Source of the DNA: Octopus bimaculoides
Lineage: Eukaryota
Direction: 5' to 3'
Length of the DNA stretch: 64,000 bases
NCBI RefSeq assembly: GCF_001194135.2
Contig: NC_068984.1
Span: forward strand, 82,157,949-82,221,948
How positions within the stretch are numbered: the first letter of the stretch is position 1; every line of letters starts with the position of its first letter. Under the pieces are notes generated by a model. It saw only the letters and a program-made list of their open reading frames with translations, was not told the origin of the DNA and did no database searches. Made by a program: the position numbers and the translations under genes. Shown here piece after piece: positions 1 through 13,490 of the stretch.

Positions 1-439
1 GGGACATTTGGTTGCTATTTCTATTAAGTCGAACAAATAAGACTGTTAAAAAATCGATCGAGTTGGGGGTTTAATTTCATCGATCACTCTCTTATCCCAT
101 GTCTTTTCTTTTTCCAATTTAAAAAGTACATAGCAAATAAGAACAAACACATTTGAATGTCACTCTGATCTCTTATCTGAAAAAAGAAAAAAAAACTTAC
201 GGAGATGTACTTGCATAGCAAGTGACCTGATCTGAGATCGTGTGCTGGAACGAAAACAATTGCAGCGTGGAAGGTGTTTATAAGCCATTTAAAATAACAC
301 ACAAAATCCGTTAGATTCACTTCAACATTTAAATTTAATTTGTCAAAATATTTTCGTCGCTTTGAGACCGCGACCTGTTCACTGACAAAGTTCTGTGCTG
401 CATCTGAGAAAGTAACAGTTAGTTCATGATATATACGTA

Positions 440-640
440 CGTGTGTATGTATGTATGTATGTATGTGTGTATGTATGTATGTATGTATGTATGTATGTAT
501 GTATGTGCGTGTACATGTGTGCGCGTATGCATCTGTGTACATGTGTATGCATGTGTGCATGCCTATACGCATGTATGTATATATGTATATATGTATGTAT
601 GTGCGTATGCACGTATGTACTTATGGATGTACTTATGTTT
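440..640. repeat. (ATGT)n compound microsatellite
   Basis: Read directly; explains the YVCM/HTYI ORFs. Similar tracts at 5620-5710, 8755-8840, 9470-9730, 16800-16900 and 35255-35360. Confidence 0.95.
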
Positions 641-1002
641 ATGTACTGATATGTGCGTCAGTTCAAGTTGTATACATGACTGTTACTTTCTATAGTTATT
701 GCAGTCAGATGGTTCTCATCTTTTATCCATATCAACAAAGCTCCCAATACGGAATAAGTTCATGTGCCATGAGATTTCTCATTATATTTGAAGCTTTCTT
801 GTTGTTTTTTCTTAAATTAACGACAGATCTGATGACAATAAATCGCAAATAACTCAAGATGGATTTGAGAATGGAGGCAGAATTTACGTCCTCAGAAATA
901 ACGAAACAAATTGAAGATTTTTAATTCTATGCTCAAAATCTTACAGGGTACACTGTATACTGTATATATGATGTGACATATTTATGAACCTGTATTTTTT
1001 AA

Positions 1003-1248
1003 CCCTTTTGCATTTGAACCAGCTTTATCTGGTTCAAATATTCTACCTGTTTTATGTTCAAACCGGTCAGATCCGGCCTTTCACACCTAACCTGCAATGC
1101 CATTCTAAAAATAAACAACCACATCGTCAAAATACGGAAGCTATTTGAAAGCAAAACAAAAATCTATTTGCAAACAAAATCTCGACGCCATTGAAAACAA
1201 TGAATATATAAGCTTTATATTTGACAGAGTAATCTAAATGCTAAAAAG
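1003..1248. mobile_element. piggyBac-like non-autonomous element
   Basis: TTAA|CCCTTTTGCATT ... AATGCTAAAAAG|TTAG; the same family occurs at 43641-43782 (shared ttgacagagtaatct segment, opposite orientation). Confidence 0.6.
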
Positions 1249-1649
1249 TTAGGAAGTACAGTAAAAACTGGTTTCAAAAAGCAGTCATACTTTAATCACT
1301 TGCTTAACAGTGATCCGATTGCATTATCTTTGCTGTCGAACAGTGATTAACGATAAATTGTGACTAAAAACAACCTTCATTTCCGTAGATTGTGAACTCT
1401 TAGCTTATGACTAAATACACTCCTGCCACTGAGACTTTGACAACCCGGCAGTGAAAAAGAACAAGTGCACAGAAGGTGCATACTAAAGTTTAGTATATTC
1501 CTGTGAAGCACCCTAAACAATGAGAGTATGCAGTAGAGATACTGGAATGCAGTTAGGGGTAAACAAGTGCGCAGTACTAATTATATAGAGAGGCCGGACG
1601 GTAAAACTCTGAATGCATACAATTACCACAAGACAACGTCATTAAATCG

Positions 1650-2570
1650 CTGTGGTATAACAAGGGTGGAAATATCTAGGGGTATTGCAAGATGATAGGA
1701 TAATGGAAGGAGAAATGAGAGAGAAAGTCACTAAAGAGTACAAGAGGAGAATTAGGAGGGTGTTCGAAACAAGATTAAATAGAGGGAACATCATTAAAGC
1801 CATAAATACATGGGCTTATGCCCGTATTGAGATACTCTGTTCCCTTTCTGAAATGGACAAAGGTCGAGTTACAGAAGTTGGATAGAGGAACTAGAAAGCT
1901 GCTCATAATGTACAAACGCACTCCACTCTAAAAGAAATACCGACACTCAAAAACAAACCCTTAGAATAAATCTGATAATGTTCGACAAAACTCAGTCAGA
2001 CAGCAAATATAGAATCTGCAGGAAAGGAGACGAGAGTATAAATCACCTTTTGAGTGAGTGTAGTGTACTCGTACAAAAGGAGTAGAAGCATAGACATGAC
2101 TGTGAGTAGGCAAAAGAGTGCATTGGGATGTAAGCCGAGTGTATGGTTTCAAAATGACAAAAAAAGTAATACGAACACGAACTAGAGACTGATAGAATAT
2201 GAGAATTACGGGATCTTGTGAGATTTTCCCATAAAGACTGACAATATTATTGAAGCAAGAAGACTAGATATGATTATAGAGGTCACAATAAACAAATAGT
2301 GTAAGATCAAGGATTTTTAAATTCTTTATACCAAAGGAACTGAAAAAAATTTAGAAATATCAGGATCTAGCCAGAGAGCTGAGGAGACTGAAAGACCAAG
2401 ACAACACTTATTCCTATAATAATTGATGCACTAGGCACAACACCCAAAATACTACCTAAAAGACTGAAAGAGATTGGAATTGGAACTCGCATTGTCGACC
2501 AGCAGAAAAGTACCATCCTATATTTTGCAAGAATCCTAAGAAAGATTCTTGAGATTCGAGGAAAATTGTT
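1650..2570 (+). mobile_element. Decayed R4/Dong-like (restriction-like endonuclease) non-LTR retrotransposon fragment
   Basis: EYKRRIRRVFETRLNRGNIIKAINTWA (post-RT region) and a downstream C-terminal segment ...LIPIIIDALGTTPKILPKRLKEIGI...ARILRKILE; stops and frameshifts. Confidence 0.75.
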
Positions 2571-3195
2571 GACGCCAAACATCACGATAAAATATTTGCT
2601 AACTAAATTAGCATACATTAACATAATAACAAATACAACAACAATAACCATAATTCTTTCTTATTTTGGCGCCCCTTTCCCATCCGTTCTCTTCTCCCTA
2701 CAGGTGCCAGTATAGAATAAGCCCACTCAATCGGACCACCCTCGCCACATTCACCTTTCTTCAACAAATTTACAGGTGGGGGGAACACCTCCCTCTCAAC
2801 CCCCGCTTTCTTTTCAAATAGAAATTTAGGAAGTCAATGATAGCTTGGACGAAGAGAGAAGTGTCTGTCTTCAGAAAATAAAAGAAATAATACATTATTA
2901 AAAGAAGTGATTTTTCAAACAACCGTATCATTACATAAACAAGAGATAATGAAAATTAAAGTATAGAAAAACAGTAACAACGAATTACGGCGAACACAAA
3001 GCTTAAATTGTTACAACACCGTCTTTCCGAACGCTGATGGCCCGGAACCGCTTATAATCCGCACTAATTTACGAGTACGTCTTTCAAATTCAGATGGCCG
3101 CCTGATCACTTGGCTGGTACCTTGTATCATTTATACTACTGTACAGATACCTGTATTTCATCTAGTTATTTAGATAAATTTAATATTTGTTTAAA

Positions 3196-3283
3196 TTAGA
3201 GTGTGACCGTCTCCGGTTCGGAAGAATCAGTAATCTGGAATGGCTTTGGCATTAAAGGTTCCGGAAAATCGATGTTGTACATT
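3196..3283 (+). repeat. 88-bp direct repeat, copy 1
   Basis: Identical to 5406-5493. Confidence 0.95.
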
Positions 3284-5405
3284 AATAATAAAAGTAGGTA
3301 TGTAGTTTGTGCATGTACTTGTAACAGTCAGTTACAAATCAGTGAAAACAGCTTTCAGTACTCGGTGAAACAGTTTCGATCTTTGATGATACTGTAATTA
3401 TCAAGGAATTCGACTTGGCCATGAATGACTTGTTTTGGTATTTCGGAGCTGAATTTGAAATGTAATTCCATGTTCTCGATACACTTTTAGTTGTTAAATA
3501 AATGAATGAAGCAGATATTTGTCTATCAACCGTAATTTTTTCAGGGCTATTCCATTTATTTGTTTATTTTTATATTAAAATTTTGGCCGCCAAATACGAA
3601 TCAAGGTCAGAATCGTGTACCTACCATCGTGGTAAATTTTTACCAACTCATCCCCACGCTTTTCAAATTTACCGAATTCGTCTCTTCAATGATTCATGTC
3701 CCAAATCATTGACCACAAGTATTGGTAACTAGAGATAAAATAAAGACAGAAATTATTTCTTATTTTAGTTCAATGAGAGGTAAGGAGGGAATTGATAGAC
3801 GCAGAAACGGGACGCAAAAGGTAGTTTTAAACCCCAATTCAAACATGAAGTGTAATGAACATGTGGTCAAATTCGTCCATCATGTATGTCCAAAGACCAA
3901 AAGAAATTGAAAAAAAAACCGTTGCGAAATATTGCACATTACTCCCAGATCTGTCTGTCGCTGTAGGGAATTAAAATAATGCTCACAGGGATAACAACAT
4001 TTTGTTTTGTTTTATTCAAATAGTGATTTTTCCACCATTTGGGGCACTGAGTAAGAGATTTAGGGAACTGGATCTCTAACAGCATATAACTGGTACGTAT
4101 CTTATCTTCCAGAAGTATTTGAATTGAAAATGTTATGCAAGGAAAGTAAATACTGTTCTTTGTGTATTTCAATATTTGTGTAGTACCTGTCAAAAATGAC
4201 GGTGTTTATATATTTGAGTATGAAATAAATAAAGCAAACGAAATTTTTGGTATCAAAATATTTAACATATACTCAGACAAAAACAGCAACGGTAGTGTGT
4301 ATGCGTGTACACACAACTGATGCCTTCTCCCATCAAATCTCCCATATGTGCTCGATTTAAATGATTTTTTTTTTAATAACGAAAGATTGCTTCTTCGCAT
4401 ACAATAACTATAAGACAAGTGACTGGAACACAAGGTGAAATTCAGATAATTGGAAATTTGATAAATTGGGTGGAGGTGGGGAGGGGTCAGTTGTCTCGTC
4501 GGTCAGCATCTTTTAATTCTGTTTCCCTTCCTCTTTCGTTCTGTACTACATCTCATCATTCAACTGACCTTACTAAAATGTACCCCTGACAAAAAAAAGT
4601 GACATATAAGTTCGCCTTCTATATAGAGAAATTTATTTAATTATTGGAACCGCTTAGTAAGAACTTCGGACTAAATATCTTCTACATTTTGAGTTTAAAT
4701 CCTCCTTGGAGGTCAACTATAAACTGTTCATGCCCGGGAGGTCAATAAAGTAAGTGCCAAGCGTATAGTAGATCAGAAATCTCTTGTAACGTTAGATCCC
4801 CAACACAACAACTATGTGGTTCCACGCCAATGTAATAAATTGCTATAAATTTTTAAATAATCAAAAATTGAGTTCGACATAACAGCAGAACACCGAATAT
4901 ATGCCACCAATGTATGAAAATATAGAAGGTATTGGTAAACGTTTGTGAGCAGCTGATGAAGCTGTCTGAGAAAAACTCAAGAAAAAGGAGGAAAAGCAGT
5001 TGCTGGTTACCATTCTGTCGAAGAAAGAAAAGCCGGTTGAAACTTCTCTAATTGCTTTTGGCAAAATTGATATATTGAGAAATAATGCGGAAATTCTATG
5101 AGACCGTTCTTTTTGCCAAAGTCACAGGTGATAACTGGGGTATTATTCAAAGAGTACATCTTAGAGGATCTCATTTGGTAACACATGCTTGTATGTCTAC
5201 GCACAATTAAACAGAAGTATAGAAGAGTGATTATGACAACTTCTCTTTCTGGTTTATATGGGAAATTTTGGTGAAGCAAATTACGGCACAGCAAAGTTTG
5301 GATTTCTTAATTTAAATAATACTTTAGACACCGAAGGTAGGAGATATACAATAGCATCGCTTGCTACTTCAAGACTAATACAAAATATAATGCCACCTTG
5401 TTGAC

Positions 5406-5493
5406 TTAGAGTGTGACCGTCTCCGGTTCGGAAGAATCAGTAATCTGGAATGGCTTTGGCATTAAAGGTTCCGGAAAATCGATGTTGTACATT
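5406..5493 (+). repeat. 88-bp direct repeat, copy 2, followed by a TTTGGTCTC-atc-GAGACCAAA hairpin
   Basis: Identical to 3196-3283. Confidence 0.95.
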
Positions 5494-7130
5494 TGGTCTC
5501 ATCGAGACCAAAATATGCGTAATATAAAATGGTAAAAATATATAAATAAAATGTGAAAATCAGACTGTTAGAATTTGATTAACATATTTATTTAATTTAT
5601 CTATACTCAATTAAACAAACTATACACACACATATACATACATACATGCATACATACATGCATACATACATGCATACAAATGCGTATGTATGTGTGTGTG
5701 TGTGTGTGTACATATTTCTTTGTGTTTGTTCCTCCACGGCTTGACAACTGGTGTTTTGTTTACGTTTCTGTAACTTAGCGGTTCGCAAAAGAGAACAGTA
5801 CAATAGGTACCAGACTTAGAATAAGAACTGGGGTCGATTTGTTCGACGAACCGTACTGATTGAAAGATATAAAAGAGGCGAAATATGACGCTTTCGGGTC
5901 CTGGAAGGATGTACCATCTTAAAATTCAAGGGACCCTTTTTTAGCTCTGCGGGCTCCAGACCGATATACTGATTGAACCCAACTCTTTAGAGGCCCTGTC
6001 TAGAGTGGCTATTGACAGCAGAATATTCTCAATACCCTCCGCAAAATCGAAAGTGCATGTGCTCCAGTATGATCCAATATGGCCTGACGGTAATAAAGAT
6101 GTATACACAAGATCACGATTTTGTGTGGGATGTTGAGATGGATTGGTCAATTAAATCAATCCTAATACTTGACTAGTACTTATTTTTATCGACCCCCCCC
6201 CCCATGTATAGGAAAGGCAAAACTGAGCTCGGCGTGATTTGAGCTCTAATACACCACATAAGTCATGCAGACATCTATTACTTCTGCCCGATATGATTTT
6301 TATTATAGATGATTTCTGATATAGAGATTAAGGCCATTTACTTTGAAAGAGAGCACAGCAGATTAAACTGGCCCCAGTGCTTGAATGATAATTATTTTAA
6401 TGACTTCGGAGAGATTAAAAACGCAAAGTCACCCCTACCCCGACGGGATTTAAACTGAAATTTTAAAAGGGCATTACAGAACGCTGCAAACCATTTTAAA
6501 TTAGACTTTAATGTTCTCATATTCAACTCTATTTTTTACTATTCATTCTGTATTTTCACTTTGGTTAATTCCAACAGTTTGGCAATGTCTATGTATCCTT
6601 GTGAAAACGACAAAAAGATGATTGTCTCGGGAGGTTAAAATATGACAAGTGAAGACCGAGTGAAACTAAACACCGTGAGACATTTAGTTCACCAGTTTAA
6701 ATACAGTTTCTTTTTCTTTAATGAAATAACTGTGCAACTGTTGCTGAAGTTGTTGATGGTGTTTAGCCACAAATCTATTATTAAAAACATTCTAGAAACC
6801 AGAATTCCATCTTTTTCTTTTCATTTTTACTTGTGTGGCATAGAGTTGCGACATTATTCAGTGTATTCTTCCTTTTTAGTAAGATTTGAGAGAAATTTAC
6901 TTTCTGTTTCTAGTAGGTCGAGCGACCATACAGAACAGTGTTTCTTAATCATTTTTTTTCTCTGTATTCCCTGCTCCCTTCACCAATTCATCATCCCGAT
7001 GCCCCCACACCCACACACAAATGAAAATATAATTTATTACATAACATTCAACAGCTCTATATTAATTTCGCATTAATATTCTTAAAATGAACACGGAAGA
7101 AAATATGACAAAATTAGTGCAGATAAATAG

Positions 7131-7771
7131 CCCTTTCTAATATAGGCACATGGTCTGAAATTTGGTGGGAGGGGGTAACATTGACTCCAGCGCTGAGATG
7201 GTACTTGTTTTTATCGACTTCAGAAGGATGAAGGGTAAAGTCAACCTCGAAGAATTTGAACCCAGAACGTAAACCTGGAAGAAATACTGCCAAACATTTT
7301 GCCCGGCGTGCTAAAGATTCTGCTAGCTCATTGCCTTAATAATATTAATAATGGTTTCAAATGTTGGCAAAGGGCCAGAAACTTCAAGGCAAGAGGTTAG
7401 TCTATTACATCGATCCCAGTGCTCAACTGGTACTCATTTCATCAACCCAGACAGAAGGAAAGGCAAAGTCAACCTCGACGGAATTTAAATGCCGCTAAGC
7501 ATTTTGCTCTGTAGGATAACGTTTCAGCCAGATCTGGAAATAGAGGTAACTCGAATGTGGAGCCTAAAAACAAGAACAGTTCCTAGCATAGTAGTCGCAT
7601 TAGGTATGATTAAAAAAAAAACATTCAGACAAATACATCACAAAAACACCAGGACTTACAAGTATGGATAAGAGCATCACAACAAACCACAACACATACC
7701 CAAGGCACAAAGAGCGCAGCTCTGTAGTGCAGTGAAAGCACTTGATAAAAATAAGACTACTGAATAATAAT

Positions 7772-7837
<66 letters not shown>

Positions 7838-8009
7838 CCTTTCTATTATAAGCATATGGCCTGAAATTTGGGGGAGGGGGAGGGTCGATTACATCGACCC
7901 CTGTCCTCAACTGGTACTCGGCGGAATTTGAACTCAGAACGTAACGTCGGGCGAAAAACTGCTAAGCATTTCATCCAGCTGACTAACAATTCTGCCAGCT
8001 CGCCGCCTT
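7131..8009 (-). mobile_element. Cluster of SINE family A copies (~7131-7338, ~7350-7520, 7838-8009)
   Basis: Repeated gaatttgaactcagaacgtaa and aaagtcaacctcg motifs; the (AAT)n run at 7762-7837 is the tail of the third copy. Confidence 0.8.
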
Positions 8010-8013
8010 AATT

Positions 8014-8014
8014 T

Positions 8015-8092
<78 letters not shown>
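8014..8092. repeat. (TAG)n microsatellite
   Basis: Read directly; source of the poly-Thr ORF. Confidence 0.95.
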
Positions 8093-8099
8093 CTGCTAA

Positions 8100-8620
8100 A
8101 CACGATGTTGTTGCTAAAACAATTTGCAATGCCATCCGCAAAAAGGACTGTCCAGAAATAAACTTAGAAAATCCCTCTGTTATGGAATACATTCATAAAC
8201 ACCAAATCAAGGAATACTGATGGAGTATTCCCATCAAAACTTCTGTCAAATGTAAACATAACAGGCCAGATATTGTTGTTTGGGACAGAAGGGCAAAGGT
8301 ATGTACCGTCATAGAGGTCAGCGGTCCTGCACATATAAGTATCTCTTTGAAAATCAAAGAAAAAATGGATATCTATGGACAACTACTTCGAAACCTCCAG
8401 CTGCTATATCCAGGCTATGAATTCATATTCAATAATAATTGGAGCATTAGGTTTTGTTAGTAAATACTTAAAGGAGTATCTGGATAAACTGCGATTTTGA
8501 GAAAGAGAAATCGACCGGCTTGTTTGTATACTACAAGTGCAATCTGTGAGTGGAACAGTAAAAATATGCAAGACTCTTCTCAAGTTCCAAATGTGAATTT
8601 GTATGTTAACTACAACCCAA
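8100..8620 (+). mobile_element. 3' fragment of an RLE-type non-LTR retrotransposon (R4/Dong/CRE-like endonuclease)
   Basis: Plus frame WSIPIKTSVKCKHNRPDIVVWDRRAKVCTVIEVSGP...KEKMDIYGQL carries the RPD..D..E..K signature. Confidence 0.75.
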
Positions 8621-8624
8621 AGAT

Positions 8625-9084
8625 GGAGCCTTGTATCTTTGTTGGAAACTGGCTCCCTCCTCGGTGGAAGATTTATAATAATTAAAACATAGAAGAGACA
8701 TATATGTATAAACATCCATCCATTATTACATACATGAATACATACACACACTCACACATACATACATACATACATACATACATACATACATACATACATA
8801 CATACATACATACATACATACATACATACATACATACATGCACGCAAGNNNNNNNNNNNNGGAGCCTTGTATCTTTGTTGGAAACTGGCTCCCTCCTCGG
8901 TGGAAGATTTATAATAATTAAAACATAGAAGAGACATATATGTATAAACATCCATCCATTATTACATACATGAATACATACACACACTCACACATACATA
9001 CATACATACATACATACATACATACATACATACATACATACATACATACATACATACATACATACATACATACATGCACGCAAG
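8625..9084. other. 224-bp duplication on either side of a 12-N gap (likely scaffolding overlap)
   Basis: 8625-8848 = 8861-9084; N at 8849-8860. Confidence 0.85.
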
Positions 9085-9990
9085 GCCTGTTAAATCGAGC
9101 AAAGATACTCAAGTTAATACAGGAAGCAGATGAAAAGAAAAGGCCGTGAACTCTCAAAGTTTATCTTTAATGATCAATAAAATATTCTGCCAAGGAAGTA
9201 AAATACACGGAAACTAAAGTAACTACATTCATATTTAACTGTAGCGCGAGTATTGTGAGAAATTCGTCAATCTCGTATTTATCAGTTATAAAATTCGCAC
9301 ACACATACACAGATGCACATGCACACACACATACAGACATTTGTACATCTCTTCTTTCTGTCGTCTTCTTTTTCTCCGTCTCATTCTCTTATTTTCTTCT
9401 CGCGCACACCCACATTTTGCCTATCTTTCTCCTCCCCACTCTCTCTCTAACGTGCATGCACACACACAAACACACATACGTGTGTGTGTTTATAAATGGA
9501 TATATACATATGTATATTTGTATGTATGTATGTATATATTTATACATATATACCACACACACACACACACACATATATATATCACAGTGTCACACCCACA
9601 CACATACATATACACGCGTAGACAGCCATATGGAGGGTAAGATTTCTTGGTATATTAGATTTCACTGATACACATGTATGTATGTATGTATGTATGTATG
9701 TATGTATATATGTATGTATGTATGTATGTATCTTACTGTCACTAAAACCCCTCGTCTAGAGAACTGAATTTCCCTCGCCTAAGCGTGGGAAACGTTAAAC
9801 TAATACTGAATTTCTTCAAGGGAGTAGTTCTTAAGTGTGTATGTGTGTGGGTGTGTGTGCGTGCGTGCGTGCGTGTGTGTGTGTGTGTGTGTGCGTATGT
9901 GTTTGTTTATGTGTTTGTGTGAGAGTATGTAATATATATATATATACATGCATACATACATATTTACTGGCAATATGACCATCCCCAAGT

Positions 9991-10033
<43 letters not shown>

Positions 10034-10359
10034 NNNNNNNNNNNNNNNNNNNNNNNNNNNNNNNNNNNNNNNNNNNNNNNNNNNNNNNNNNNNNNNNNNN
10101 NNNNNNNNNNNNNNNNNNNNNNNNNNNNNNNNNNNNNNNNNNNNNNNNNNNNNNNNNNNNNNNNNNNNNNNNNNNNNNNNNNNNNNNNNNNNNNNNNNNN
10201 NNNNNNNNNNNNNNNNNNNNNNNNNNNNNNNNNNNNNNNNNNNNNNNNNNNNNNNNNNNNNNNNNNNNNNNNNNNNNNNNNNNNNNNNNNNNNNNNNNNN
10301 NNNNNNNNNNNNNNNNNNNNNNNNNNNNNNNNNNNNNNNNNNNNNNNNNNNNNNNNNNN
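10034..10359. other. Assembly gap
   Basis: N run between a (TA)n tract and a SINE. Confidence 0.99.
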
Positions 10360-10554
10360 TATTGCCCACAAGGGGCTAAACATAGAAGAGACAAACAAGG
10401 ACAAAGGAATTAAGTCGATTACATCGACCTCAGTGCCTAACTGGTACTTTATTTATCGATCCCGTAAGGAATTTGAACTCAGAACGTAACGGCAGACGAA
10501 ATACCGCTAAACATTTCGCCCGGCGCGCTAACGTTTCTGCCAGCTCGCCACCTT
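10360..10554 (-). mobile_element. SINE family A copy with internal deletion
   Basis: Same head, B box and tail as 13254-13490; abuts an N gap. Confidence 0.85.
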
Positions 10555-10832
10555 ATATATATCAGCTAATCATGCTACTTCAGGTTGATGACTGAGAAAC
10601 ATGTCCCTGAATGCAGGTTAGGTTGGGTGGAGGTGCTTGTCTCTCTCTTGTAAACATAAGGACACAGAAAATGTGTCAAGGACGACAGGAAGCGGTCCAA
10701 CTTCCTAGGGCTAAATAGCAGTAGTATGATTCCCTTATTGGGATTGTCACGTTAAGTTGACAATATACAACTACTTTATCGTAACACTGCTGCTTAAGTC
10801 CCTCTGTGGGATTTAGAAATGGATCATTTCTA

Positions 10833-11138
10833 ATATATGTATAAATAATACAGAATGGGACAAGGACGCAAAACATCCAGACAGTTTAGGTGATACAAGA
10901 AAGGGACAAAAATCCAGATAGACGATACAAGGAAACAAGGACAGGTCATTCGGAGTTTTCTTACCTCAGTCGAGATCCAGATTGGATAATATGGATCTCG
11001 ACTGAAGAAAGAAAACTCCGAATGACCTGTCCTTGTTTCCTTGTATCGTCTATCTGGCTGTTTTGTCCCATTTTTGTATCACCTAACTGCCTGGATGTGT
11101 TGCGGCCTTGTCCCATTCTGTATTATTTATACATATAT
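10833..11138. repeat. Foldback palindrome (~147-bp arms, 12-nt loop), probably a MITE in a TA run
   Basis: 10833-10979 is the reverse complement of 10992-11138 with few mismatches; flanked by TATA tracts. Confidence 0.92.
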
Positions 11139-11186
11139 ATATAGCGGCGTACGTATACTTTGTCTCAAATATGTAAGTATACATTT

Positions 11187-12120
11187 CTAATTCATATATA
11201 CCCACCGCCCGGAACAGGTCTGGTCTATGTGGGCCACCTTGCTCAAAACCTCTGACCAGTTCTTTTCTATTTGGAGATCTGGACCAATCCAGATTCCTAG
11301 CAATTTAACCGGGCCCTCTGTCCAGCGTCCTACGACGCTATTCGAAGGCATCGACTTGCCCCTCCAGGTGCTGAGTTGCAAGCCGACTGATTTTTCCCGG
11401 TTAATTTTTGCTCCTGCCACCGTCTCGTAAACCTTGATGATTTCACCTACTTGCTGCAAGTGTTCCATCTTGGTCACGATGATGGTGATGTCGTTCGCGT
11501 ACGCTGTAACAGATCATCCTGGATTCGTCGGGATGCCATTCAGCTTTCTCAGCAATGGCTCGAGGGTCATTACGTACAAAAGCGGGGAGAGTGGACACCC
11601 TTGGCGAACCGACCGTTTGATGCGGAACGGCTTCGAAAGAAAACCGTTCACCCGAACGATCGAGTCGATGTCATCGTACAACTGTATGATCCACCTGAGA
11701 AAACCGAGACCCAGCCCGAATTGCGCGAGAACTGTCACCAGGTAACGATGGTCTACTCTATCAAAAGCTTTAGCTTGGTCTAAATGGACCAGTGCCCCAC
11801 CTTTGCCAGTTCTATTACCATACCCCTCTACGATGTAACGTATTAGATGAAGATTGTCCTGGATGGTTCTACCGGGGACCGCACAAGTTTGTGCTTCCCC
11901 GATCAGGCCACCCGCGACCCGCGTCAATCTTTTCGCTAACACCTTGGCCAAAATCTTCACCTCTGCGTTCAGTAGGGTGATGGGCCTGAAATTATCTACA
12001 TTATCCCCCTTATCCGGGTCCTTCCTGACCAGCGTCACCACTCCCCGGCGCACAGATCTGGGAATCCTGCCATTCTGCTGCCAGTTCAAGTAGACGCTGG
12101 TCATTACGTGACCGAACAAG
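11187..12120 (-). mobile_element. L1/Tx1-clade LINE reverse transcriptase fragment (pseudogenised)
   Basis: NFRPITLLNAEVKILAK, LDQAKAFDRVDH, VRQGCPLSPLLY; the catalytic motif reads YAND instead of YADD; frameshift near 11514. Confidence 0.9.
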
Positions 12121-12821
12121 CCTTACCACCTCCGCAGTCAGCAAAAAGGAGAAATTACGAATGCCAGGGACGTGGTTCAAGTTGACTTTTATACCCATAA
12201 CCTCCACGAGATGTACGTGCATTTCGGTTTTCATGACAATTGTTTGCGACTCCTACTCATAGCATTCAACGCAGTTGCGTTTTGGCGTCTCGTTTCAAGG
12301 AAAGTTGAAAGGTTATCTGCAGTTTGGGTTTCACTTACATCCCCGAAATAAATTTTCAGAATTTACCATATAAAGATGACATTTGAAAAAATCGTGTTTC
12401 TTTAGCGGTTTAGTGTATTTTGAACAATAACGGAGCCAGTATACTATATTGAGGCAAACTGTTTAGTAATTTTTGTGTTGCTCTTCAGTATCGCCAAAAA
12501 GCGTTTTTCCCCATTAAAATACCAACAAGCTGACTGAATTCCAAGTCATTCGCTGAATTGAATATCTTCCTTAAAAAGCAGTGATTAACCATTTTGTAAG
12601 CTGCAACGGGATCAACAAAAATCTATATTTCTGTATATATTGAATAAGATTAAGCTGTGATTCATGGTTAACTTTTCAGTGTTCTTTAATGAAGTACAGT
12701 TCAGTAGTTGTTTCGATTCTGTTAAGAATAGATCGCTCAAAAAACTTTTGGCCACAGGAGTTAAAATCGATCGGAATTGCATTACTTGTGATGGATTTTT
12801 CTCTACTTTGCGTTTTGTTAG

Positions 12822-13155
12822 NNNNNNNNNNNNNNNNNNNNNNNNNNNNNNNNNNNNNNNNNNNNNNNNNNNNNNNNNNNNNNNNNNNNNNNNNNNNNNN
12901 NNNNNNNNNNNNNNNNNNNNNNNNNNNNNNNNNNNNNNNNNNNNNNNNNNNNNNNNNNNNNNNNNNNNNNNNNNNNNNNNNNNNNNNNNNNNNNNNNNNN
13001 NNNNNNNNNNNNNNNNNNNNNNNNNNNNNNNNNNNNNNNNNNNNNNNNNNNNNNNNNNNNNNNNNNNNNNNNNNNNNNNNNNNNNNNNNNNNNNNNNNNN
13101 NNNNNNNNNNNNNNNNNNNNNNNNNNNNNNNNNNNNNNNNNNNNNNNNNNNNNNN
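12822..13155. other. Assembly gap
   Basis: N run ending inside a SINE. Confidence 0.99.
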
Positions 13156-13253
13156 CGAAAGGATGAAGGGCAAAGTCGACCTCGGCGAAGTTTGAACTCA
13201 GAACGTAAAGACAGACGAAATACCGCTAAGCTTTTCACTCGGCGTGGTAACGT

Positions 13254-13490
13254 TTCTTATTTCTTTATTGCCCACAAAGGGCTAAACATAGAGGGGGCAA
13301 ACAAGGACAGACAAAGGGATTAAGTCGAATACATCGACCCCAGTGCGTAACTGGTACTTAATTTATCGACCCCGAAAGGATGAAAGGCAAAGTCGACCTC
13401 GGCGGAATTTGAACTCAGAACGTAACGGCAGACGAAATACTGCTAAGCATTTCGCCCGGCGTGCTAAGGTTTCTGCCAGCTCGCCGCCTT
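13254..13490 (-). mobile_element. tRNA-derived SINE family A (octopus OK-like), near-intact copy; a partial copy abuts at 13156-13256
   Basis: Minus-strand head aaggcggcgagctggcagaa (A box), gagttcaaattcc (B box), core gtcgactttgcctttcatcctttcggggtcgat; family name from recall. Confidence 0.85.

Noticed and set aside
84-852. Several 60-160 aa ORFs rich in YVCM/HTYI
   Set aside because: Translations of (ATGT)n/(CATA)n microsatellites; the same applies at 8.7-9.7, 16.7-17.0, 35.3 and 53.3 kb.
3202-5491. TRIM or LTR element suggested by TG...CA inside the 88-bp repeats
   Set aside because: Identity extends beyond the TG/CA limits, and no TSD, PBS or polypurine tract is present.
5850-6150. GC-richer stretch with ~60-70 aa frames open on both strands
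   Set aside because: No recognisable motif or splice context; sits between SINE remnants.
8625-9084. Apparent tandem duplication
   Set aside because: Identical copies directly flank a 12-N gap, typical of unmerged contig overlap.
9800-13323. Long ORFs of 140-220 aa containing X runs
   Set aside because: They only appear open because they cross N gaps.
13380-13490. tRNA-like A and B boxes
   Set aside because: Head of a multicopy SINE; I found no complete cloverleaf, so no tRNA gene is called.
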